Of a stretch of DNA of 64,000 nucleotides, positions 18,418 through 26,103 are shown piece by piece. Position 1 is the first letter of the stretch; every line of letters starts with the position of its first letter. The notes below the pieces were generated by a model. It ran no database searches, was not told where the DNA came from, and worked only from the letters and a program-made list of their open reading frames with translations. Made by a program: the position numbers and the translations under genes. Source of the DNA: a virus (lineage: Duplodnaviria; Caudoviricetes); the IMG/VR virus record IMGVR_UViG_651703002_000001, positions 96,001 through 160,000 of that record; one strand, written 5' to 3'.

Positions 18418-18990
18418 ATTTTTATGAGGAAAAATGATATGTGGCGATCTGTTGAAGTTACTGTTAAAAAGTTTGAAGAATCTCATCTCCGAAAATTGAC
18501 AAAATCGCGTATTAAGGCATTCAAAGCATCCTTGTCTCCGCGAAGTTGGTATGCGATTTACAGATGTTTGTTGTGAATCACGATGCGAAAGTATTGAAAA
18601 AGATCGCCAAACAGAAGCATATGAAATTTATATTCATAATATGGCTAATATCAACGCCATTTATGCCGAGAAATCAACAGACCTTTCCAATGGTTGCACC
18701 AACTGGTCAAATTAGCACAAAGAACGGGATAACGGCGTATATCCCCGGAAGAAGCCAGCCATAGAGAATCTGGATATCCTATAAAGTGCTTGTAATTTAT
18801 AGGCGGGATTGGTAGTATAAAGACGATATGGTAACTACCCATTGACTAGCAGTGTGAAACTAGAGGTTACTGTCCTTAACCAAACTACGAACAGATGGAC
18901 AAAATGGTTGATTTCCCTTCCTCTTAGTGATAGCGTATCAACCAAATTAGGATATAATCACAATCTACGGACCCTGATTATATTCCGACT

Positions 18991-19066
18991 GCCGAATTAG
19001 CTCATCTGGTAGAGCACAGCCTTTGTAACGCTGGGGTGGTCCGTTCGAGTCGGACATTCGGCACCA
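18991..19066 (+). tRNA. tRNA-Thr(UGU)
   Basis: Loop TTTGTAA, acceptor GCCGAAT/ATTCGGC, CCA. Confidence 0.93.
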
Positions 19067-19078
19067 AATTAATTAAAT

Positions 19079-19154
19079 AGTGGATTAGCTCAGTAGGTAG
19101 AGCACTCGACCGATAATCGAGAGCGCATTGGTTCAACCCCAATATCCACTACCA
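19079..19154 (+). tRNA. tRNA-Ile(GAU)
   Basis: CTCGA-CCGATAA-TCGAG (C33), CCA. Confidence 0.9.
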
Positions 19155-19160
19155 ATTCTA

Positions 19161-19248
19161 GGAGAAGTGGATGAGCGGCTTAAATCGCTCCCCTGCTAAG
19201 GGAGTAAACCGGAAGGTTTCGAGAGTTCGAATCTCTCCTTCTCCGCCA
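19161..19248 (+). tRNA. tRNA-Ser(GCU)
   Basis: CTCCC-CTGCTAA-GGGAG, long variable arm, GCCA. Confidence 0.95.
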
Positions 19249-19255
19249 AATATTT

Positions 19256-19331
19256 GAGGATGTAGTATAGTGGTCAATATCCCTGCCTGTCACGTAGGAG
19301 ATCGCGGGTTCGAGTCCCGTCATCCTCGCCA
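19256..19331 (+). tRNA. tRNA-Asp(GUC)
   Basis: CCTGC-CTGTCAC-GTAGG, GCCA. Confidence 0.95.
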
Positions 19332-19335
19332 ATTT

Positions 19336-19576
19336 GGATTCCCGTCAATAGTCCGGTCTATGGGAATCAACGCTTTAAGTAGCCCACCGGTATTTGTAAA
19401 GAGTGACTGTATCTAGTGGAAACATTAGACAAGGCTTAGATTCCCTTTCTCAGGGCCTAAGCGTAAAGTAACGAGCAAGACCTTCTTGTAGGCTTAACCC
19501 ATTGGGGTGTTTGAGGTTTACATGTGTGGGCTCGGATAGCCAATGCTATTAAGTCTGGTGATGGTGCGACCGGATC
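19336..19576 (+). ncRNA. Putative ~240-nt multi-stem pseudoknotted RNA
   Basis: Nested stems, a GAAA tetraloop and long-range TCCGGTC/GACCGGA complementarity; no ORF; begins just after tRNA-Asp. Confidence 0.65.
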
Positions 19577-19583
19577 AATTTTT

Positions 19584-19775
19584 GGAACCACAATAAACAA
19601 GTATGTGCCTTGGTGGTTCGACCTGCTTTGCAGCCGTACATGAAGCTAAAGTTTTTGGATTTCTAAATAAGAGTATGGGACTCTGGAAATCGACACATTA
19701 ATTTGTATCCCGTTAAACTAAAAACTGTGAGGTTGTATATGTCGCCGCTAAACGCAAGCCGTTAGGACGTAAAAG
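19584..19775 (+). ncRNA. Putative RNA with two tandem pseudoknot modules
   Basis: GAACCAC/GTGGTTC and GATTTCTA/TGGAAATC hairpins, each with an AATAA bulge, GTATG-containing apical part and a downstream loop complement. Confidence 0.55.
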
Positions 19776-20074
19776 TAAAAAATAGTATTTTCATAAATGG
19801 TTATCCTAATGATGGTGTTCCTGTATTATGTAACGTGTTTTATCAATATGAAACTAATGGAGGTCCGTTAGACATAATGATAGAAACCCCTGTATAATTC
19901 CGGATATATTATTGATTGGTATTCTTTCATAAAAGATGCATTAAACATTGGATGGAAGAAAGAGACTATAATTAAGAAAATAAAGTATGCATTCGATGAT
20001 GTTGAAATACAAAATTCGGATGATATATTAAAAAGAGTTATCCAGTATATAGAAAGCCTATAAAGGAAAATGGT

Positions 20075-20323
20075 ATGGGTAAAACTGTTCGCCGTAAAAA
20101 TGAAAAATATCTCCACGAATTGTACGATAGTATTGATGTGACCCGCGATTTGGGAGATTATTACAATAAAAGTCCGGATAGTGGTGTTAAGGATCGATAT
20201 AATGTATTGTCCCGACAGCGGGATCGTAAGCTGAAGCATGACATTCTACATGGTGACCATGATGTTTTTGTTGATGATGATTACGAAAAGAAACGTTCAA
20301 ATTCAGGTTATCAATACAGTTAA
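20075..20323 (+). CDS. Hypothetical basic protein
   Basis: 82-aa ORF with AAGGA RBS. Confidence 0.6.
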   Translation: MGKTVRRKNEKYLHELYDSIDVTRDLGDYYNKSPDSGVKDRYNVLSRQRDRKLKHDILHGDHDVFVDDDYEKKRSNSGYQYS

Positions 20324-20371
20324 GGATATTCTATGTACAGAGAAGAAAACGAAGGCTGGTTTTAAGTGTAA

Positions 20372-20600
20372 GGGGTAATTAATATACCCCAGCGGCGTCA
20401 AACTATGTAGTCAATGGTGTGGTGACACCATACATAGTCACTAGACGAAAAGAGGGCGTATAACCTCGCATACGCTTCCCGTTATTAGAGGGTAGTGTGA
20501 CCTACTACAACACGAAAGGTTGTCTCTCAACTTCACCTAGAGGGGCGCATTACAACGGGGACTCTATCTTGCTTTGACTGGCTTGATATAGTCCCCGTTT
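20372..20600 (+). ncRNA. Putative ~230-nt structured RNA
   Basis: GC-rich, ORF-free; stems GGGGTA/TACCCC, ACTATGTA/TACATAGT, TGGTGT/ACACCA, GGGCGTA/TACGCTT, AACGGGGACT/AGTCCCCGTT. Confidence 0.55.
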
Positions 20601-20624
20601 CCTTTGGTATAATGGAGTTTTATA

Positions 20625-20828
20625 ATGATTACTTCTTTACTATTAATTTATATTATTTTTATCTTTGTGTTTATGGCGGCATATGGATTAATTGATTACC
20701 GAGAGTCAGAACAAAAACGATATCCTGATATAAATGAAATATTTGACTACTTCTTGGCTGGTTGTATGTGGCCTATAAGTATTGCTATCTGTGTAATTTA
20801 TAAAGTGTCAGAAGGTAGCTCTAAATAA
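20625..20828 (+). CDS. Small membrane protein
   Basis: Two hydrophobic segments, WP motif, GGAG RBS. Confidence 0.7.
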   Translation: MITSLLLIYIIFIFVFMAAYGLIDYRESEQKRYPDINEIFDYFLAGCMWPISIAICVIYKVSEGSSK

Positions 20829-20906
20829 CAGTATATGTATAACCGATGACGAGAACGAACCTCCCACCAACGATCAAGACGGATTCGGTTCTACTGATTC
20901 TTATTA

Positions 20907-21152
20907 ATGCATGATTTTACAATACAAAATGATGAGGTTTATCCCGTGGCAATGATGCACGAAAAGAAACATGCCCGTGAGGGTAGAGGTTCCGCTAATG
21001 GTGGAAATGAAAAATGGTATAACTCCCCACTTTGGGAAAAAGTGGAAGCCAAGCAAGTATCATTGGATGCAACTCCTGATGATCTGCTAAAAGAGAAAGA
21101 AAATGAAGACCTTAGAGCAAAACAGCGCCGTATGTTTGCAATGGCTTATTAA
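20907..21152 (+). CDS. Hypothetical protein
   Basis: 81-aa ORF co-oriented with neighbours. Confidence 0.6.
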   Translation: MHDFTIQNDEVYPVAMMHEKKHAREGRGSANGGNEKWYNSPLWEKVEAKQVSLDATPDDLLKEKENEDLRAKQRRMFAMAY

Positions 21153-21174
21153 CAACTAAAAAGGTAAAACAGAT

Positions 21175-21729
21175 ATGATAGTATCGCCAAACAGTTTCTT
21201 TAGAGACGAATATGTTAGTATGATAAATAAAAAGTTGAAACTTTTTAAAAGTTCCGATTACGTTAGTAGAATGAGACTTCAACTAGCCCCACATTCTTTT
21301 CAATCTGAGTTTGCAACCATATGTTTAGATATGGGTAGACAAACCGGTAAAACGTCTGCGGCTTTGATGTTACTTGAGCAACATAGTGATGCACTTTATA
21401 TTGTTCATAATAGCGCCGCGATGAGATCTATTGTTTGTTTTGCTCCGCATTTGAAAAATCAAGTATTGTCAATTAGTGATTTTGTCAATAGGTTCTATTC
21501 TCGCGGAACATATAACCATGTAGTTTTAGGTAGTAGAATAGAAAAATATAGTTTGATCATTCTTGATGAACCATATTTTACGTGTACGAATGGACAAAGA
21601 CAATATACAAATAAACCAAACTGTTCTTATTTCGAAAGTATAGACGGTGAGAGTGTGAAAACTTATGACCTTGTAAGTTTTGCAGCATTTAAAATGGATT
21701 CATTAATAGTTAAGTTGGGAATGCAATGA
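21175..21729 (+). CDS. Small P-loop NTPase-like protein
   Basis: MGRQTGKT Walker A and LIILDEP Walker B. Confidence 0.65.
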   Translation: MIVSPNSFFRDEYVSMINKKLKLFKSSDYVSRMRLQLAPHSFQSEFATICLDMGRQTGKTSAALMLLEQHSDALYIVHNSAAMRSIVCFAPHLKNQVLSISDFVNRFYSRGTYNHVVLGSRIEKYSLIILDEPYFTCTNGQRQYTNKPNCSYFESIDGESVKTYDLVSFAAFKMDSLIVKLGMQ

Positions 21730-22127
21730 AAATAGCTTATAAATATGATATTAAACGTATATCAGATCGGGTTTCTCAATTTGTTACTGTTGGTTTAAAA
21801 ACCGTAGCTAAGATCCATTATCTTCATTTGGTAACAAGTAACTATGCGTTGCATATGGCACTTGATGAATTTTATAAAGAGTTCCCAGATGATTATCTGG
21901 ATGGGGTTGCTGAGAGTGCGTTAGCCAACGATATAACGTTATCCTATGTACCCTTCGAAGTGTCCGGAGAAGACGCGCTAGAGGTCTTACAGAAGCTATA
22001 TGATACCGGTATTGAACTGGTTTCTATACTGGAAGGTAAACCTGAATTTAAAGGTACTCTAAACGCAGTTGAGGACTCACTTGAATTTATTAAGAAAGTG
22101 ATCTACAAGGTAAAACGATTCAATTAA
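21726..22127 (+). CDS. Ferritin/Dps-like four-helix protein
   Basis: HYLHLVTSNYALHMALDEFY...LDGVAE ferroxidase-like pattern. Confidence 0.65.
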   Translation: MKIAYKYDIKRISDRVSQFVTVGLKTVAKIHYLHLVTSNYALHMALDEFYKEFPDDYLDGVAESALANDITLSYVPFEVSGEDALEVLQKLYDTGIELVSILEGKPEFKGTLNAVEDSLEFIKKVIYKVKRFN

Positions 22128-22130
22128 AAA

Positions 22131-22174
22131 ATAATCCCTCGTCTATTGACGGGGGATTTTTATTTGTGTATAGT
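22131..22174 (+). terminator. Terminator overlapping a sigma70 promoter
   Basis: AATCCCTCGTC-tatt-GACGGGGGATT plus T run; TTGACG 22146, 17 nt, TATAGT 22169. Confidence 0.7.
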
Positions 22175-22203
22175 AAAGAAATTATAAGAATAAGGAATAA
22201 AAA

Positions 22204-22456
22204 TATGTACGATGTACAACGTGTGATTGATATTTGTAAAGATTCGTATGAATTTGTTGAAGTTGTTGATATGGGGTCGTATACAAAGATAAAAACTTAT
22301 TACAGCAAGGCTTGTTTCATTGACGAACCCTGTGTAATGGAATGTGAATATGTAATTGGGGTTTTGAATAGTGGTATTGTAGTTACTCCATTTAAAGACA
22401 AAAAAAGTATGGTTTTCAAAACCGTTGAGGAATTTTCTTATTGGGTAGATGCCTAA
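22204..22456 (+). CDS. Hypothetical protein
   Basis: AAGGA RBS before ATG at ~22204 within ORF 22166..22456. Confidence 0.6.
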
Positions 22457-22488
22457 ATATCAAGGTAATAACCTAAAAGGAAAATAAA

Positions 22489-23337
22489 ATGAAAAAGTTT
22501 AGTGAATTTATAAAGTTGGAAGAAAAATTGATGGTATTTGGTAAGAAAGCATACCCTAAATTTGGAAACGTTCTTATTCTCGCAGGCGGTGCAGGTAGCG
22601 GTAAGGGCTTTGTAACATCTAAATTAGTAGGTATTGAAGGTATTATTCTTGATGTGGATCGCGTTAAAGAACTGGCTATGGCATCTACAAAACTTTCTGC
22701 TCGTATCAAGAGAGAAACCGGTCATGATATTTCTCAGTTCGACCTAAAGAAACCGGAGAATGTATCTACGCTCCATAATCTACTTGCGTCTGAATATAAG
22801 ACTACCAAGAAAATGGATAAGCGGGTGTTTGATGGGGTTCTTGCCGCACCAGAAGGACGTAAACCCAATATTATATTTGACGTTACCTTGAAAGATATGG
22901 GTAAAATGGCTCAAATAGCAAAACAAGTTCGAGATCTTGGATATGAAAAGGAAAACGTTCATATTGTATGGGTTATGAACAAGGTTGATGTTGCTATCGA
23001 TCAGAATAATAAGCGTAGTCGTACAGTCCCTCTTGAAATTCTAGTATCTACCCATGAGGGGGCAGCAATGACCTTCAAAAACCTAATGGCGATGGGTGAA
23101 GGTGCTAAGAACTATGCGGATGGAGATTGGTATATCGCGTTTAACCAAGTTGGGGTTGACTCAGAACTTGCCAAGTCTGGTAACGGTGGTAGTTATATCA
23201 AAGAAGCCAACTATATTAGAGTAAAACAACAAGGCAAAGCTCCAATGAAAGCAACTGAATTAGATAAAGCTATTGTTGGTAAGATTGCCGATTATATTCC
23301 AAATCCGGAAACTTGGGCTATGATAATGAAGAAATAA
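22489..23337 (+). CDS. P-loop kinase (zeta-toxin/AAA_33-like) with capsid-targeting-like N terminus
   Basis: LAGGAGSGKGF Walker A, IIFDVT, NNKRSRTVP lid; begins MKKFSEFIKLEE; CTAAATA at 22453-22459. Confidence 0.7.
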   Translation: MKKFSEFIKLEEKLMVFGKKAYPKFGNVLILAGGAGSGKGFVTSKLVGIEGIILDVDRVKELAMASTKLSARIKRETGHDISQFDLKKPENVSTLHNLLASEYKTTKKMDKRVFDGVLAAPEGRKPNIIFDVTLKDMGKMAQIAKQVRDLGYEKENVHIVWVMNKVDVAIDQNNKRSRTVPLEILVSTHEGAAMTFKNLMAMGEGAKNYADGDWYIAFNQVGVDSELAKSGNGGSYIKEANYIRVKQQGKAPMKATELDKAIVGKIADYIPNPETWAMIMKK

Positions 23338-23381
23338 TTTTCCCTAAATACCAATGAACATAAAATAAGAGGAAAATTAAA

Positions 23382-24176
23382 ATGGCTTATGTTTATATTG
23401 TAAAAGGTAAGTCCACTACTTTGACTTCTACTGTCACGGGTGGTACTGCCGAAGGATATTCTTTCGTATGGAAGAAAGATTCTTCTGTTATTTCCGGAAC
23501 TGGGAAAACTAAAACACTTAGTAACTTCACAGATGCGGATGCTGGGGTTTATACGGTTACAGCTTCTAAAGATGCAGAAGCTGACGTAGTTGATACATTC
23601 GAGCTTGGGTGTGTTGAACATGTTCCTGCTATTACAACTCCAACTCCTGTAGTTAATAAGGTTGAAGGTGATTCAGTTACATTCACAGTAACTAAAGGTA
23701 CTATTAAATTTACTCCAACCACTACAGATCCTTCAGTCACCAGTCTATATGATGTTTCTACACAATGGAAACGGGGTTCTGATGATATCCCTAGCGCAAC
23801 TTCTACGGTTTATACAAAAGTAGTTGATCTTGCTGATGATGGAATTACTTTTAGTGTGGTTCAGTCTTTCCTTAAAGAAACCGTAAGTCAATCAACAACT
23901 CCGTTTGATGTTGGTATACTGAATGTTTCTGAAGTGGTTCCGCTTGTTGCAGAATGGGCGGTTGTTCCATTGACATATCGGAACGCTTCATTTACTTGGA
24001 TTGGATATTGGGTAATAGATGAAATTAAATCTAAATCTGATTGGTTTGATGATTACTCTACCATGAAATACAAAAGTGAAGTAGAAACAATTGTTAAGGC
24101 ATTTAATGACTATGGTGAGGTTTTCCTTTTGGAAAGTCGAAATGGTCGCCTGTTGAAAGTTAGTGATTTGAAATAA
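23382..24176 (+). CDS. hoc: Hoc-like head decoration protein with Ig-like domains
   Basis: Ig motifs (YSFVWKKD, DAGVYTV); C-terminal WIGYWVIDEI...ESRNG Hoc capsid-binding signature; CTAAATA at 23344. Confidence 0.85.
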   Translation: MAYVYIVKGKSTTLTSTVTGGTAEGYSFVWKKDSSVISGTGKTKTLSNFTDADAGVYTVTASKDAEADVVDTFELGCVEHVPAITTPTPVVNKVEGDSVTFTVTKGTIKFTPTTTDPSVTSLYDVSTQWKRGSDDIPSATSTVYTKVVDLADDGITFSVVQSFLKETVSQSTTPFDVGILNVSEVVPLVAEWAVVPLTYRNASFTWIGYWVIDEIKSKSDWFDDYSTMKYKSEVETIVKAFNDYGEVFLLESRNGRLLKVSDLK

Positions 24177-24180
24177 TATT

Positions 24181-24203
24181 AGGCTCCTTCGGGAGCCTTT
24201 TTT
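24181..24203 (+). terminator. UUCG terminator
   Basis: AGGCTCC-TTCG-GGAGCCT-TTTTT. Confidence 0.9.
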
Positions 24204-24234
24204 GATCCTAAATATAATTTTAGGAGATAACAAA

Positions 24235-24663
24235 ATGAAATATGAAAAAAGTCGCGGGATATCCCGCGATAAAATGCCACAAATAACGGTTGCGAATGTT
24301 CCAGTTTTCTTAGAGTTTATGTTAAAGAAAGGTGTTACCTATAGAAAAGAAAGGGTAGCGGTTAAATCTCTTCTTCCTACTCAATCTGAGTATAATGAGG
24401 ATAAAGTTAAAAATATGGTATCTGCTCCGGATTCTGTTCTGTGTGCTCCGATCATAACTTCTGATGATGATTATATTTTAGACGGGCATCATAGATATAG
24501 TGCTGTATTGGCTCAAAATCCAAATAAGCTGATGGAAATTTATAGAGTAGACATTCCTATTGATGATCTGTTACAATATGCATATGCGTTTCCTCTTACA
24601 TTTTATAAAGGCATAAATGAATGTAAGATTGGATTTAGTAAATTTATGAAATTAAAAGGATAA
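24235..24663 (+). CDS. Stand-alone ParB/Srx-like domain protein
   Basis: LLPTQSEY..DKV, PIITSDDDYILDGHHRYSA; CTAAATA at 24208. Confidence 0.75.
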   Translation: MKYEKSRGISRDKMPQITVANVPVFLEFMLKKGVTYRKERVAVKSLLPTQSEYNEDKVKNMVSAPDSVLCAPIITSDDDYILDGHHRYSAVLAQNPNKLMEIYRVDIPIDDLLQYAYAFPLTFYKGINECKIGFSKFMKLKG

Positions 24664-24671
24664 TAAAAGAA

Positions 24672-25247
24672 ATGTCATCATTACATTTTCATCACTCTGC
24701 TATGAACTCCGGAAAAAGTACACACCTATTACAAGTTGCTTATAATTATGAAGAACGTGGTATGAATGTTCTGGTTATAAAGCCAAACATTGACACCCGA
24801 GATGGAGATTTTGTTAAAGCTAGAATTGGGCTATCAAGACCCGCCGTAATGTTCTCGAAAGACGAAAATCTGATAGATCTATTCCTAAGTTATAGTATTG
24901 GTTCAAAAAGAGATTGTATTCTTGTTGATGAAGCTCAATTCATGACAATAGAACAAGTAAAACAGTTGGCTAAAATTGTTGATGATTATGATGTTCCTGT
25001 CATGTGTTATGGTCTTATGTCAGATTCCAATGGTAATATGTTTGATGCGTCCCGTCAGTTGGTTGTAATGGCTGAACAGCTCGTTGAGCACAAAACTATA
25101 TGTTGGTGTGGATCTAAAGCTTCAATGAATATGCGTATTAATGAAGGTGGTGAGAAAATTCTAGGAGATCAGGTTTGTATCGGTGGAAATGATAAATTTA
25201 TTTCAGTATGTCGTAAACATTGGGTGAGTGGGAAACCACACCCTTAA
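24672..25247 (+). CDS. tk: Thymidine kinase
   Basis: SAMNSGKST, ILVDEAQF, CYGL, KTICWCG, SVCRKH. Confidence 0.95.
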   Translation: MSSLHFHHSAMNSGKSTHLLQVAYNYEERGMNVLVIKPNIDTRDGDFVKARIGLSRPAVMFSKDENLIDLFLSYSIGSKRDCILVDEAQFMTIEQVKQLAKIVDDYDVPVMCYGLMSDSNGNMFDASRQLVVMAEQLVEHKTICWCGSKASMNMRINEGGEKILGDQVCIGGNDKFISVCRKHWVSGKPHP

Positions 25248-25250
25248 AAC

Positions 25251-25282
25251 AAAAGGGATCCCCAATTGGGATCCCTTTTTTT
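25251..25282. terminator. Bidirectional terminator between convergent tk and second hoc
   Basis: AAAAGGGATCCC-caatt-GGGATCCCTTTTTT. Confidence 0.85.
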
Positions 25283-26103
25283 TACGTAAGGTCTGCTCTA
25301 CCAAGAATTCTACCGTTTCTCGATTCCATTACTGTGAAGTTTGGATAGGTTTCAAAACCTTCTGCCAATAATGAAACTAAACATGGATATTTAAATCTTG
25401 GGTTTGTTGGATCGGATATCCAGTTAAATCCTTCATTCTTTGCTTTTAGAATTTCATCAGTTACCCAATAACCAACCCAAGTAAATCCGGCACTTCTATA
25501 ATGTAATGGAACAATATAGTAAGATCTACAGGATTCTGGTTCGATTTCATCAAACAGTCTTATATTGAATGTTTCGGTTTTCGGTATATATGCTCCGAGC
25601 TTAGTGGCAGTAACCACATAATTATATTCTCCATAATCCGAATCTGAAACTATTTTATTCAATGTATTTTCTGTGCTAATGGTATTACCATTTCGAATCC
25701 AATTGTAGCTAAGTGTACTTCTATTCCTAGAAACTAATATACTTGGTGTTAGAGTTAAATTAGCACCTTCTTCCACATGTATATCTACACTGGAAAGTAT
25801 TGATATATCAATTTCTCTGGGAATTACACCCACCTCAAAATTTATCTCATTTGATAATATATATGATGTACTACCTTCTTTGGTATAAATTAGTCTAGCA
25901 TAATATACCCCAGCGGCTGGATAATCTATATCATAAAGATCAAATGAATTGGGGCTCTCTTGTGGTAATTGGGGCATTAACGCCCCAGATTTATACCATT
26001 CAATACCAACAAGAATTCCCCCAACCGGTAATACCATTGAGTCGATAACGAAACTTACATTGTCACCAACTAATGCATAGTCTGGACCATTTATAAGAAT
26101 CAT
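25282..26103 (-). CDS. Second Hoc-like Ig-domain protein
   Basis: IEWYK, AAGVYY, YNWIRNG, DYGEY Ig motifs; C-terminal WVGYWVTDEI...ESRNG. Confidence 0.8.
   Translation of the reverse strand: MILINGPDYALVGDNVSFVIDSMVLPVGGILVGIEWYKSGALMPQLPQESPNSFDLYDIDYPAAGVYYARLIYTKEGSTSYILSNEINFEVGVIPREIDISILSSVDIHVEEGANLTLTPSILVSRNRSTLSYNWIRNGNTISTENTLNKIVSDSDYGEYNYVVTATKLGAYIPKTETFNIRLFDEIEPESCRSYYIVPLHYRSAGFTWVGYWVTDEILKAKNEGFNWISDPTNPRFKYPCLVSLLAEGFETYPNFTVMESRNGRILGRADLT

Noticed and set aside
17762-18486. ORF-track entries overlapping tRNAs (also 11869-12054 and the 16708 start)
   Set aside because: They translate tRNA sequence or its antisense; spurious.
18436-18764. Broken small ORFs after tRNA-Pro
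   Set aside because: Look like one small gene with indel errors; the 18546-18764 ORF lacks a good start and was not called.
19336-19775. tmRNA, RNase P RNA or group I intron
   Set aside because: No GGGG..GGATTCGAC / TCCACCA ends, no GAGGAAAGTCC motif, and no interrupted host gene or clear intron core.
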